Shown here piece after piece: positions 1 through 9,613 of a DNA stretch of 64,000 nt (position 1 is the stretch's first letter; the number at the start of each line of letters is the position of its first letter). Source of the stretch: an uncultured Rhizobiaceae bacterium (GTDB lineage Bacteria > Pseudomonadota > Alphaproteobacteria > Rhizobiales > Rhizobiaceae); NCBI GenBank assembly GCA_964383325.1, contig CAYLGY010000001.1:7230-71229 (forward strand), given 5' to 3'. The notes beneath the pieces are model-generated. The model had not been told where the DNA came from, made no database searches, and was given only the letters and a program-made list of their open reading frames with translations. The position numbers and the translations under genes are program-made.

Positions 1-94
1 GTCAAATGCCGAAGAGGCCCAGGCGGTGAAGCATCCCGGCAAGGCCAAGGCGGTTTTCGCCGAGTTGTTCGAGCAGGCGCTGGCCACGCAATGA
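1..94 (+). CDS. 3' end of an unidentified CDS (partial, begins left of window)
   Basis: Frame 2 is open from the window edge to TGA at 92-94 (...KAVFAELFEQALATQ*). Too short to assign a family. Confidence 0.3.
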   Translation, partial: SNAEEAQAVKHPGKAKAVFAELFEQALATQ

Positions 95-217
95 TGCCTG
101 CCGGAGCGTCGGACCGGGAAGCGGCACCGCTTCCCGGAGGAAACCGATGCTCCATTGAAGTATCGGAGCGTCGTTCCCGCGTCGGGATCGGCGCATGACG
201 GCCTCGCGAGGATCTCT

Positions 218-1504
218 TCAGCCGGATGGATGCGAAGCCTTGCGCCGGGTTGCCAGAAACGGCCCGTAGCGCAGCGTGAACAGTCCGAATGCAAGGCACC
301 AGAGCACGCCGCCGGCGATCAGCCATCCCATCCGGGCGTCTCCATCCGCCCATGGCGCGGCAACGCGCAGGATCGCGCCGGCAAGAACCGCCAGATAGAT
401 CAGCTGCGTCCAGCCATCGGCGCGGATCTCTCTTCCGGTGTGTCCAAGCGTGGCGCGAGTCATGACGGCGAGCGTCATCGTGCCGATCGCGCCTGCCGAC
501 AGGGCGTGGTAGCCGGCAGAAGATGGAAATGCGTCCGGCATCAGGATGGTCAGGCCGAGCAGCAGCAAAGCGGCTCCAAGCCAGAAATAGCCTGCATGGA
601 GAATCAGGAGTATCGGCTCGCGCAGGGTGGCGAGGCCCCGCCAGCGTGACAGGCGCGCAAGGAGCAGCAGGCCAGCCAGCATCAGCATCACCGCGCTGCC
701 TGGCTCATGGGGCAGGAGCACCCAGGACGCGGACGCCAGCACGGTGGCAAGAAGCGCGATCTGGTCGAGCCGGTCCATGCTGGCGGGCAGCGCAGTCGCG
801 CCCTGTTTGACAAGCCAGTTGCGCGTGAAGCTCGGCGTGATGCGTCCTCCGATCAGCGAGATGAGGATGGCTGCGGCACCGAGGGCCAGCCGCAAGGCAA
901 ATTCCCCCGCGACCAGGCCGGCAGCCTCCAGATGATGCAGCATGTTTGCCAGAAGGAAGAGGGAAAAGGCGGCGGCGACCGGCAGATTGCGCCAGTTCTT
1001 GCCGGCAAGGATCTCCCGCAGCACCGCCGCGAGGAAGGCAGCGGGAAACGACAGGTCCAGTAGAAGCGCGAGCAGCGGGTTGCCGACAAATGTGCTGCCC
1101 ATGCGGCCCAGCAGCCAGAGCGCGACGAGCACGGCCAGCGGCCCTCCGCTCAGCGGGAGGCGGCCCGTCCAGTTCGGAATGGCGGTGAGCAGGAACCCGG
1201 CGACCACGGCCATGAGAAAGCCGAACAGCATTTCGTGGGCATGCCATTGCATGGCGTAGAATGGCCCAGCCGGGTCGATGCCGCGGGCAAGGAACCACAG
1301 CCAGACTCCCATTGCGAGAGAGGCGTGCAGGCCGGCGAGCAGGAAAAAGGGCCGGAAGCCGTAGTGCAGGATCGCTGGCGTGGAGAAATATCGGCCTCGT
1401 CCATCCTTCGCAGCATCCTGACGCGGGCGAGCGGACTGATTCTGTCCGGCTTCTTTTCCGTTTGCCGTCATCCTGCGGACTCCCATGCAGATTGCCCCCC
1501 GCAT
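218..1504 (-). CDS. nnrS: NnrS family haem/copper membrane protein (NO-stress associated)
   Basis: 428-aa ORF with many TM segments. Motifs FRPFFLLAG, WHAHEMLFGF and AGFLLTAIPNWTG are typical of NnrS. Start is uncertain (Met at 1504, 1486 or 1471). Confidence 0.85.
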   Translation of the reverse strand: MRGAICMGVRRMTANGKEAGQNQSARPRQDAAKDGRGRYFSTPAILHYGFRPFFLLAGLHASLAMGVWLWFLARGIDPAGPFYAMQWHAHEMLFGFLMAVVAGFLLTAIPNWTGRLPLSGGPLAVLVALWLLGRMGSTFVGNPLLALLLDLSFPAAFLAAVLREILAGKNWRNLPVAAAFSLFLLANMLHHLEAAGLVAGEFALRLALGAAAILISLIGGRITPSFTRNWLVKQGATALPASMDRLDQIALLATVLASASWVLLPHEPGSAVMLMLAGLLLLARLSRWRGLATLREPILLILHAGYFWLGAALLLLGLTILMPDAFPSSAGYHALSAGAIGTMTLAVMTRATLGHTGREIRADGWTQLIYLAVLAGAILRVAAPWADGDARMGWLIAGGVLWCLAFGLFTLRYGPFLATRRKASHPSG

Positions 1505-1786
1505 GATGGCGTAGCCTTTCGCGCGGGTCCAGCTTGCATCCGCGAATTCCGGCGGGACGAATCAGCGCGGCGCCCTTCGGCATTTCCCGCCAGCGAGCTT
1601 TCGTCATGAAATGGCATCGGGGGGATCAAGCGGCTTCCCTTCGCGGATGAAGGATTCTAGAAAGGATACTTGCGCCGGGGGAGATCGAAACGGTGTTCAG
1701 GGGATGGCGGTGGAGCGGACATGATGGGGATTGCGCGCGTCGGATCGAACCCGCAGGGCTCCCGTTGCGGTGACGGGCACTGAACT

Positions 1787-2362
1787 GTGCGTGGCGTTGC
1801 CGCAATCGTTCGCGCCATCAGCGTACTGAATGCAGCCATCGGCCAGGTCTTCTCGTGGCTGGCGCTGGCCATGGTGATCGTCTGCTTCACCGTGGTAGTG
1901 CAACGCTACGTGTTCTCGACCAGCCTGATCTGGATGCAGGATCTATATGTCTGGCTGAACGGCGCCATGTTTACGGCCGTTGCCGGCTTTGCCCTGTTGC
2001 GCAACGATCACGTGCGGGTCGATATCTTCTATCGCCCGGCCCGTACGCGCAGCAAGGCGATCGTCGATCTGTTCGGCGTGATCGTGTTTCTCCTTCCCTA
2101 TTGCTGGGTGGTATGGGTGTATGGCTGGCCCTACGTGGTCCGTTCGTGGAAGTATCAGGAAGGATCGGCCAATATTGGCGGCATGCCCGGCCTCTATATC
2201 CTCAAATCGTTCATTATCGCCTTCGCGTTGCTTGTTGCGCTGCAGGGCATTGCCATGGCGTTGCGCTCGATCCTCGTCCTCGCCGGGCAGGAGGATCTGC
2301 TGCCGGACAGATTGCGCTACGCCCGCGACGATCAGCCGGATGACCAGAAGGCGGCGATGTGA
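1787..2362 (+). CDS. TRAP transporter small permease (DctQ-like)
   Basis: 191-aa, 4-TM protein whose stop overlaps the start of the DctM-like gene (2359/2362). Confidence 0.8.
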   Translation: MRGVAAIVRAISVLNAAIGQVFSWLALAMVIVCFTVVVQRYVFSTSLIWMQDLYVWLNGAMFTAVAGFALLRNDHVRVDIFYRPARTRSKAIVDLFGVIVFLLPYCWVVWVYGWPYVVRSWKYQEGSANIGGMPGLYILKSFIIAFALLVALQGIAMALRSILVLAGQEDLLPDRLRYARDDQPDDQKAAM

Positions 2363-3753
2363 TGGATCCAGTCCTGCTCGGTGAAATCCTCTCGGGGTTG
2401 ATGTTCTTCGGCATCATCGGGTTCCTGCTTCTCGGTTTCCCCGTCGCCTTCTCGCTGGCAGGCGTTTCGCTGCTCTTCGGCCTCGCCGGCTGGTCTCTCG
2501 GCGTATTCGACCTCACCAATCTCGGCAGCATCATCCATCGCTATGCCGGCTTCATGACCAATGAAGTGCTGGTTGCGGTACCGCTCTTCATCTTCATGGG
2601 CGTCGTTCTGGAGCGCTCGAAGATTGCCGAGCAATTGCTCCTGACCATGGGCAAGATGTTCGGCAATTTGCGCGGCGGGCTCGGCATTTCCGTCGTGGTC
2701 GTCGGCGCGTTGCTTGCGGCCTCGACGGGCGTTGTCGGCGCGACCGTCGTGACAATGGGGCTCATTTCGCTGCCAGCAATGTTGCGCGCAAGATACGACC
2801 CGAAGCTGGCGACCGGCGTGATCTGCGCTTCGGGCACGCTTGGGCAGATCGTGCCGCCATCAACCATCCTGATCTTCATCGGCGACATGCTTTCCGGCAT
2901 CAATGCGCAGGTGCAGATGGCCAAGGGGAATTTCGCCCCGGTTCCGGTTTCTGTCGGAGACCTGTTCGCCGGCGCGCTGCTGCCCGGATTCCTGCTGGTC
3001 GCCTTCTATCTGCTGTGGATCATCTTCCGTGCCATCGTCGATCCCGAATCCTGCCCGGCGACGCCGGTGCCGGCCGATGAGCGGGAAGGCCTGTGGCGGG
3101 AAATCCTTGTCGCGCTGGTCCCGCCGCTGCTCTTGATCGTCGCGGTGCTGGGCTCGATCCTCGGCGGCATCGCCACCCCAACAGAAGCCGCTTCGGTCGG
3201 CGCGGTCGGCGCAATGATTCTGGCGGCAGCGCGGTGGCGCCTCTCCTTCCCGGTGCTGCGCGAGGTAAGCATCGCCACCGCGTCGATTACTTCTATGGTC
3301 TTCATCATCCTGTTCGGCGCCTCGGTCTTCTCGATCGTCTTCCGGCTGATGGGCGGCGAAAGTCTGGTGCACGAATTCCTGACCAGCCTGCCCGGCGGCG
3401 CAATGGCCGCGGTGGCGGTCGTCCTGGTCATCATGTTCTTGCTTGGCTTCATCCTCGATACGTTCGAGATCATCTTCATCGTCATGCCGATTACAGCGCC
3501 GGTATTGCTGGCGCTGGATGTGGATCCGGTCTGGCTGGGTGTGATCATTGGCGTCAACCTGCAGACGAGCTTCATGACGCCACCCTTCGGCTTCTCGTTG
3601 TTCTACCTCCGTGGCGTGGCACCGAATTCGGTTTCGACGGCGATGATCTATAAGGGAATCATTCCCTTTGTCATATTGCAGATCGTTGCCATGATTGCCT
3701 TGTTCACCTTTCCTGAACTGGCGACCTGGCTGCCAAAGGCCATCTATCAATAA
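2359..3753 (+). CDS. TRAP transporter large permease (DctM-like)
   Basis: 464-aa polytopic protein with DctM-like sequence throughout. Translationally coupled to the small subunit. Confidence 0.9.
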   Translation: MMDPVLLGEILSGLMFFGIIGFLLLGFPVAFSLAGVSLLFGLAGWSLGVFDLTNLGSIIHRYAGFMTNEVLVAVPLFIFMGVVLERSKIAEQLLLTMGKMFGNLRGGLGISVVVVGALLAASTGVVGATVVTMGLISLPAMLRARYDPKLATGVICASGTLGQIVPPSTILIFIGDMLSGINAQVQMAKGNFAPVPVSVGDLFAGALLPGFLLVAFYLLWIIFRAIVDPESCPATPVPADEREGLWREILVALVPPLLLIVAVLGSILGGIATPTEAASVGAVGAMILAAARWRLSFPVLREVSIATASITSMVFIILFGASVFSIVFRLMGGESLVHEFLTSLPGGAMAAVAVVLVIMFLLGFILDTFEIIFIVMPITAPVLLALDVDPVWLGVIIGVNLQTSFMTPPFGFSLFYLRGVAPNSVSTAMIYKGIIPFVILQIVAMIALFTFPELATWLPKAIYQ

Positions 3754-3774
3754 TCCGGGTCAGGTACGCTCACG

Positions 3775-3804
3775 AAAAAAGCCCCGGCTGCAACCGGGGC
3801 TTTT
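3775..3804. terminator. Bidirectional rho-independent terminator between convergent TRAP genes
   Basis: AAAAAA-GCCCCGG-ctgcaa-CCGGGGC-TTTT: a perfect 7-bp GC stem flanked by an A-run and a T-run. Confidence 0.7.
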
Positions 3805-3835
3805 CCGCATGCAGCGTTGATTGTACCGGAAGCGG

Positions 3836-4933
3836 TCAGATCCGGAAGTACTTCTGCCTCGCCTGAAGGAATGGCAGGTCCGTTCCCTCGGTGCGGCCAC
3901 GCAGCACGTTGAAGGCGGAAATATAGCTTTCCACCATTTCCTTGGTCAGCGCGTCACCATCGGAACGCAGGGTTTCGAGAATCTCGGCAGCAGCCTTGGC
4001 GCCAGCCTCCAGAATCTCCTCCGGGAACTGCAGGAGCTTCACTCCATGGTCATTGACCAAGGTCTGCAATGCCCGCGGATCATTGGCATAATATTCGGAG
4101 GCCATCTGATCGTATTCCGATTGCGCCACGACCTTCACGATCTCCTGCAGGTCGGCCGGCAATTCGTCATACTTGTCCTTGCGCACCACGATCTCGGTCG
4201 CCGCGCCAGCTTCGACAAAGCTGGAGATGTAGTAATTCTTGGTGATCTGATAGTAGCCGAGCGCCAGGTCGTTGTAGGGGCCCACAAATTCGACGGCATC
4301 GAGCGTGCCCGACTGCAGCGCCTGGAAGGTTTCTCCGGCCGCCATGTTGGTGACGCTGGCGCCCAGCTTCTGCCACACCTGACCGCCCAATCCCGGCGTG
4401 CGGAAGCGAAGACCCTGCAGATCTGCAACCCCGGTAAGCTCATTGCGGAACCAGCCACCCGTCTGCGTGCCGGTATCGCCGGAAAGGAAACCGCGGACGC
4501 CGAATTGATCATAGATCTTGTCCCAGATCTCCTGCCCGCCCATATAGCGGATCCAGGTGGACAATTCCCGCGAGTTCATCCCGAACGGCACGCCGGTGAT
4601 GAAATTCAGCCCTTGGCTCTTGTTCTGCCAGTAATAGGGCGTCGAATGACAGATTTCCGCATTTCCGTCGATCACCGCATCCAGCGCCTGCAGCGCCGGG
4701 ACGAGTTCGCCAGCGGAATAGACCTGGATGGTGAGGCGTCCGTCAGATGCGGCGGTGATCTTGTCAGCCAGCCTTTGTGCCCCGACGCCGATTCCCGGAA
4801 AATTCTTGGGCCAGGTGGTCGGCATGCGCCAGGTGATCTTGCCCTGGGCAATTGCCGGCATGGCGAGGCCGGTAGCGCCGGCGGCGCCAACACCGGCCAG
4901 TCCGGCGGTCTTGATGAATGATCTGCGATCCAT
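3836..4933 (-). CDS. TRAP transporter periplasmic solute-binding protein (DctP-type, Tat-like signal)
   Basis: ORF 3836-5020 trimmed to Met-30 (MDRRSFIKTAGLAGVGAAG...AIAQG twin-Arg signal), with a GGGAGGGA RBS upstream. Family 7 SBP-like sequence. Confidence 0.85.
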   Translation of the reverse strand: MDRRSFIKTAGLAGVGAAGATGLAMPAIAQGKITWRMPTTWPKNFPGIGVGAQRLADKITAASDGRLTIQVYSAGELVPALQALDAVIDGNAEICHSTPYYWQNKSQGLNFITGVPFGMNSRELSTWIRYMGGQEIWDKIYDQFGVRGFLSGDTGTQTGGWFRNELTGVADLQGLRFRTPGLGGQVWQKLGASVTNMAAGETFQALQSGTLDAVEFVGPYNDLALGYYQITKNYYISSFVEAGAATEIVVRKDKYDELPADLQEIVKVVAQSEYDQMASEYYANDPRALQTLVNDHGVKLLQFPEEILEAGAKAAAEILETLRSDGDALTKEMVESYISAFNVLRGRTEGTDLPFLQARQKYFRI

Positions 4934-5087
4934 GCTTGTCCCTCCCTTGCGGACCCTGAGCGAATGAGTGATGCGCAACGATAGTGACAAACCCGCGCTG
5001 CCGCAACGTGTTACGCGCAACCGAGTCCCATCCCGTCTTGCTGAAAATTCGTGGGACTGCTTTCCCTGTTGCGCGCGAAAATAAACT

Positions 5088-5102
5088 TGATTATTAGAGT
5101 CA
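5088..5102 (+). promoter_or_regulatory. Candidate RirA iron-responsive operator (IRO-like TGA-N9-TCA) upstream of hmuP
   Basis: TGAttattagagTCA sits in the AT-rich stretch about 100 nt upstream of the hmu operon. Confidence 0.45.
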
Positions 5103-5204
5103 ACTATTGACGGGTCGCAGCCTGTTGAAGGGTAAGGCGATCCGTTCCCGCCCAGCCAGCAATTCCCGGCAAGCCAGGCACCTCTAATGTCGAGTTGATG
5201 GGCA

Positions 5205-5408
5205 ATGACCGTTTTCAGGACGCACGATCAGGAGAGCGCGGAATCGGGGACATCCTTGTGCGTGTCCCGGATTACACCGAATCAGACCATGCCGGCCTAT
5301 AGCAGCCAGCAGCTATTTCGTGGTGCAACCGAGATTGAGATCGAGCATGGAGGCGCGCGCTACCGCCTCCGGATTACCCGTCAGGGCAAACTCATACTGA
5401 ACAAATAG
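5205..5408 (+). CDS. hmuP: Hemin uptake protein HemP/HmuP
   Basis: C-terminal signature ...[25 protein letters not shown], positioned directly upstream of hmuS. A shorter start at ATG 5289 (MPAYSSQQ...) is equally possible. Confidence 0.75.
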   Translation: MTVFRTHDQESAESGTSLCVSRITPNQTMPAYSSQQLFRGATEIEIEHGGARYRLRITRQGKLILNK

Positions 5409-5417
5409 GAGGACCCG

Positions 5418-6467
5418 ATGTCGATCGGCGAAAAGCTGACACCTGCCGCGATTCATTCGGCACGCGCCGAAAACCCGAGAATGCGTGAACGCGACCTGGC
5501 TGCGCGGTTGGGAATTTCCGAGGCGGAGCTGGTCGCTGCATTTTGCGGCGACGGCGCAACCCGCATCGAGCCGTCTTACGAGGCCTGCTTTCCCCTGGTG
5601 CAGGAGGTTGGCGAAGTGATGGCGTTGACCCGCAACGAGAGCGCGGTCCACGAGAAGATCGGCGTCTACGAGAAGTATTCGGGCGGCAAGCATGCCGGCA
5701 TTGTGCTTGGGGAGCAGATCGATCTGCGCATGTTCCCGAGGCACTGGAGGCACGCATTTGCGGTCGAGAAGCGCGATGGCGACGATGTGCGGCGCAGCCT
5801 TCAGTTCTTCGATGCCCGTGGCGATGCCGTGCACAAGATTCATGCGCGACCGAAAACCGATCTGAAGGCATGGCAACGGCTCGTCGAGGCGCTCGCAATG
5901 CCGGACCAGTCCAGCGCGATTGAAATCGACGCTTCTCCTGCGGGCCACCACGACGCGCCGGAGGTTCCGGTCGAAGTGCTGCGGGACCGCTGGAGCCGGA
6001 TGACCGACACGCATCAGTTCGCTCTCCTGCTGCGGTCACTGAGATTGCCGCGTCATGCTGCCGTTGCCGCGGTTGGCGAGGATTATGCCTGGCAGATCGA
6101 AAATGCCGCGGTTGTCTCGCTGATGGAGCAGTCTGCCGCAACGGGGCTGCCGATCATGTGTTTCGTCGGCAGTCGCGGCTGCATCCAGATCCATTCGGGG
6201 CCGATCGTCAGTCTGCGCCAGACAGGCCCGTGGATGAATGTCATGGACGAGGATTTCCATCTTCATCTGCGCACGGATCATATTGCGACCACCTGGGCTG
6301 TCCGCAAGCCCACCGAACTGGGACACGTCACTTCAGTGGAAGCCTATGACGCCCGCGGCGAGCTCATCATCCAGTTCTTCGGCAAGCGCATCGAAGGGCA
6401 GGACGAGCGCCCCGCCTGGCGCGGTCTCGTGGAGCGACTGCCGCGACTGCAATCCCACGCAGCTTGA
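5418..6467 (+). CDS. hmuS: Hemin-degrading/transport protein HmuS (ChuS/ShuS/HemS family)
   Basis: 349-aa ORF with the expected size and position in the hmuPSTUV order. Sequence is HemS/ChuS-like. Confidence 0.85.
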   Translation: MSIGEKLTPAAIHSARAENPRMRERDLAARLGISEAELVAAFCGDGATRIEPSYEACFPLVQEVGEVMALTRNESAVHEKIGVYEKYSGGKHAGIVLGEQIDLRMFPRHWRHAFAVEKRDGDDVRRSLQFFDARGDAVHKIHARPKTDLKAWQRLVEALAMPDQSSAIEIDASPAGHHDAPEVPVEVLRDRWSRMTDTHQFALLLRSLRLPRHAAVAAVGEDYAWQIENAAVVSLMEQSAATGLPIMCFVGSRGCIQIHSGPIVSLRQTGPWMNVMDEDFHLHLRTDHIATTWAVRKPTELGHVTSVEAYDARGELIIQFFGKRIEGQDERPAWRGLVERLPRLQSHAA

Positions 6468-6477
6468 CGGGAACGCA

Positions 6478-7371
6478 ATGAACACCATGCTCCGCAAGGC
6501 AATCGCAAATCGCCGCGCCATCTTTCTCGCATTGTTGCTGGGCTGGTCCGGACCACCCCCGGCCCATGCCGATGCCGACCATGCCAGTCGCATTGTCGCC
6601 ATTGGCGGGTCCGTCACGGAGATCGTCTACAGGCTGGGCGAAGAGGATCGGCTCATCGCACGCGATACGACGAGCGATTATCCGGAGGCGGCGATGTCGC
6701 TTCCGGATGTCGGCTACATTCGCGCCCTGTCGCCGGAAGGCGTTCTGTCGGTTGAGCCGGACCTGATCCTGTCGCTCGAAGGCGCCGGTCCGCCCGAAGC
6801 GATTGCCCTGTTGCAGCAGGCTGGCGTGAGGTTCGTCGAAATTCCCGACGGCCATACTGGCGAAGCGATCGTCACGAAGATCCGTGCGGTCGGCTCGGCG
6901 CTCGGAGTTGCGGAAAAGGCAGACCAGCTGGCGCGGGAAGTCGAACAGGAACTGCGTGCAGTGGAGCAACTCTTCGCAGCGCGGACGGACAGGGTACCCA
7001 CCCTGTTCATCCTGGCGGTTCAGGATGGCCGTATCATGGCTGCGGGCGCGGATACGCAGGCCGATGGCATGATTGCGATGGCCGGCGGATTCAATGTCAT
7101 GGGCACAATGTCGGGGTACAGGCAGGTGAGCGATGAGGCCGTCATCGCTGCCGCGCCGGATGCGATCCTGGTCATGCAGCGTGGCGATGAGTTCGGCACG
7201 GAACGAGACCAGTTGCTCGCCCATCCGGCGATTGCCGCGACGCCCGCCGGCAAGGATGGGCGCATTCTCTCCATGGACGGCATGTACCTGCTCGGCTTCG
7301 GACCGCGCACCGCCAGCGCCGTACGGGAATTGCATCGCGGGCTACATCAAGCGCCAGAAGGTGGGCACTGA
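6478..7371 (+). CDS. hmuT: Hemin ABC transporter periplasmic binding protein HmuT
   Basis: ORF 6238-7371 trimmed to MNTMLRKAIANRRAIFLALLLGWSGPPPAHA (signal peptide). Class III (FecB/BtuF-like) SBP sequence. Confidence 0.85.
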   Translation: MNTMLRKAIANRRAIFLALLLGWSGPPPAHADADHASRIVAIGGSVTEIVYRLGEEDRLIARDTTSDYPEAAMSLPDVGYIRALSPEGVLSVEPDLILSLEGAGPPEAIALLQQAGVRFVEIPDGHTGEAIVTKIRAVGSALGVAEKADQLAREVEQELRAVEQLFAARTDRVPTLFILAVQDGRIMAAGADTQADGMIAMAGGFNVMGTMSGYRQVSDEAVIAAAPDAILVMQRGDEFGTERDQLLAHPAIAATPAGKDGRILSMDGMYLLGFGPRTASAVRELHRGLHQAPEGGH

Positions 7372-7417
7372 ATTGGCGATACGGTTCCACTGTGCCGCGA
7401 GCCTTCCGCGGCCGGGC

Positions 7418-8464
7418 ATGGAAGAAGCGGGCGACCGCAGCGCGCGCGCGCGGCGAGTACTCTTCGTGCTGCTGGCCGCATTGGTGATTGCCGGGCTGAC
7501 CTCGCTGACCTGGGGCGCCTCGGATATATCGGTAGTCGACGTGCTCGCGTATGGGTTCGGTGCAGGCGAGGGCCAATTGCCCGAGCGCAGCCGCGTCATC
7601 CTCGAGCAGATTCGCATGCCGCGAGTCGTCATGGGCATGTTGATCGGGGCCTCGCTGGCGGTTTCCGGATCAATCATGCAGGGCCTGTTTCGCAATCCGC
7701 TTGCCGATCCCGGCATTGTCGGCGTCTCGGCCGGCGCCGCTCTCGGAGCGGTGCTGGTCATCGTGCTCGGCGGGGGGCTGACGGCTACGCTTCCTGGTGG
7801 GCAGTTCCTGTTGCCAGGCGCGGCGTTTCTCAGTGGTCTGGCCATGACTCTTGTGCTGTATCGCATAGCCACACGGGCAGGACAGACCTCCGTCGCAACC
7901 ATGCTGCTCGCGGGGATCGCACTCGGCGCATTTGCCAATGCCGCGACGGGCCTGCTGATTTTCCTCGCCAATGACCAGCAATTGCGGGACCTGACCTTCT
8001 GGGGCCTCGGCTCGCTGGCGGGCGCGAGCTGGCTGAAGATCCAGGCTGCAGGACCGGTCATGCTCGCCGCGCTCGCCGTCGCCATGATGCTGGCGAGGCC
8101 GCTCAACGCTCTGGCCCTGGGCGAGTCGTCCGCTATCCATCTCGGCATTTCCGTGCAGCGTGTGAAGAATGTGTGTGTTCTGCTGGTAGCGGCGGGCACC
8201 GGCGCGGCGGTGGCCGTCTCCGGCGGCATCGGCTTTGTCGGCATCGTGGTGCCGCACCTGCTCCGTCTGGCGATCGGCCCCGATCATCGCTACCTCCTGC
8301 CCGCTTCTGCCCTGCTGGGCGCGATCTTCCTCGTCTTTTCCGACGCCGTCAGCCGAACCATCGTGGCGCCGGCGGAACTGCCGATCGGAATCGTGACGGC
8401 GGCGGTGGGCGCACCCTTCTTCCTGTTCATCCTCCTGCGGCGGCGTGGCCTGTTCGATGTGTGA
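7418..8464 (+). CDS. hmuU: Hemin ABC transporter permease HmuU (FecCD family)
   Basis: ORF 7133-8464 trimmed to Met-96 (MEEAGDRS...). FecCD-type polytopic sequence. Confidence 0.85.
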   Translation: MEEAGDRSARARRVLFVLLAALVIAGLTSLTWGASDISVVDVLAYGFGAGEGQLPERSRVILEQIRMPRVVMGMLIGASLAVSGSIMQGLFRNPLADPGIVGVSAGAALGAVLVIVLGGGLTATLPGGQFLLPGAAFLSGLAMTLVLYRIATRAGQTSVATMLLAGIALGAFANAATGLLIFLANDQQLRDLTFWGLGSLAGASWLKIQAAGPVMLAALAVAMMLARPLNALALGESSAIHLGISVQRVKNVCVLLVAAGTGAAVAVSGGIGFVGIVVPHLLRLAIGPDHRYLLPASALLGAIFLVFSDAVSRTIVAPAELPIGIVTAAVGAPFFLFILLRRRGLFDV

Positions 8465-9251
8465 CACGGCAATCGAAGCCTGCAGGCTCGAGGTAAGCCT
8501 CGCTGGTCGCCCGGTCGTGCACAGGACAGATCTTGTGGCACATGCCGGAGAAGTCACGATGATCGCCGGACCGAATGGCTCCGGAAAGACGACGCTGTTG
8601 CGCGCGCTCACCGGCGAGATTGCCTATTCGGGTAGTATCCGCCTCGCTGGAAGGGAAATTTCTACTCTGGCCCCCGCGCAGCTCGCGCGCCGACGCGCTG
8701 TTCTGGCGCAGGAAAACCGGATCGCCTTTCCCTTCACGGTTGGAGAAATCGTCCGGCTCGGGATCACCGAACCCGGCAGAAGCGACTACCGGGGCGCAAC
8801 ACGCCTACGCGAAGCCCTCGCGCTCGTCGGGTTGGACGGCTTTGCCGGCCGCTTCTACCATGAGCTGTCGGGCGGCGAACGCCAACGGGTCCAGCTTGCG
8901 CGCGTCCTCTGTCAGATCTGGGAGCCAGTTGCCGAGGGTGTGGCGAGATGGCTATTCCTCGACGAGCCGGTTGCGAGCCTGGATATCCGGCATCAGCTTT
9001 CGACGATGGAACTGGCGCGCGCCTATGCGCGGCGCGGGGGCGGCGTTGTGGCGGTGATGCACGATCTCAATCTTGCCGCCATGTATGGTGACCGCATTCA
9101 TTTCATGAAGGCCGGCCGGATCATCGCGGGTGGCCGTCCGGAAACGGTCCTGCGCGACGATCTCCTGAGTGAGATCTTCGGTTGTTCGCTCGCGGTAGGC
9201 CGGATTCCGGCGGACGGAATTTTCGTCTTGCCGCAATCGCACAACTCTTGA
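8445..9251 (+). CDS. hmuV: Hemin ABC transporter ATP-binding protein HmuV
   Basis: Walker A GPNGSGKTT, signature LSGGERQR and Walker B LFLDEP. Start is GTG 8445 or ATG 8457; either overlaps the end of hmuU. Confidence 0.85.
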   Translation: MACSMCDTAIEACRLEVSLAGRPVVHRTDLVAHAGEVTMIAGPNGSGKTTLLRALTGEIAYSGSIRLAGREISTLAPAQLARRRAVLAQENRIAFPFTVGEIVRLGITEPGRSDYRGATRLREALALVGLDGFAGRFYHELSGGERQRVQLARVLCQIWEPVAEGVARWLFLDEPVASLDIRHQLSTMELARAYARRGGGVVAVMHDLNLAAMYGDRIHFMKAGRIIAGGRPETVLRDDLLSEIFGCSLAVGRIPADGIFVLPQSHNS

Positions 9252-9304
9252 CCACAGCCCTCAATACTGATAGATGAAACATCATTCAGCCTGTCGACAC
9301 CGAT

Positions 9305-9613
9305 GTGCCCACAGGGCATTGTGGATCTGGAACATTGATAACTGCCCAGCAATTGCGCGCCGCAAGGGCGCTGCTCGGCATTGACCAGCGCAAGCTTGCC
9401 GAGCTGTCGGGACTATCCGTTCCGACCATCCAGCGCATGGAAGCGAGCGAAGCCGTCATTCGCGGCAATGTCGATTCGCTCGTCAAGCTCGTTTCCGCGC
9501 TCGAAGCCTCCGGCATCGAGCTGATCGGCGAGGGCGCGGCAAGCCTTGACGGCGGGCGCGGCATCCGGCTCCGGACACCGACGGGCCCAAAGGTGGAGAG
9601 GACCCCCGAGTGA
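9305..9613 (+). CDS. Small XRE-family helix-turn-helix protein
   Basis: ITAQQLRAARALLGIDQRKLAELSGLSVPTIQRME is a classic HTH_XRE segment. GTG start at 9305 (a TTG near 9335 is also possible). Stop overlaps the next gene's GTG start. Confidence 0.6.
   Translation: MPTGHCGSGTLITAQQLRAARALLGIDQRKLAELSGLSVPTIQRMEASEAVIRGNVDSLVKLVSALEASGIELIGEGAASLDGGRGIRLRTPTGPKVERTPE

Noticed and set aside
1505-1560. NnrR/FNR-type box upstream of nnrS (TTGCATCCGCGAAT on the minus strand around 1537-1550)
   Set aside because: It matches only about 7/10 positions of TTGCG-N4-CGCAA, and its distance from the uncertain start codon is not informative. Too weak to report as a feature.
6238-6477. Long N-terminal extensions given by the ORF track (e.g. 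6238 for hmuT, 7133 for hmuU, 14610, 15961, 21272, 22407, 31378 for secA, 35814, 44886, 46210, 53960)
   Set aside because: The extensions overlap upstream genes, lack family similarity and have an atypical Arg/Pro/Ser-rich composition. Internal starts with RBSs or stop/start overlaps fit the protein families better.
8395-8464. Possible frameshift at the hmuU/hmuV junction
   Set aside because: While hand-translating near 8400 I lost one base relative to the ORF track (GCGGCG versus GCGCG). The supplied track gives an intact 443-codon frame ending at 8464 and an in-frame hmuV, so this is most likely my counting error, not a real frameshift. It should be re-checked computationally.
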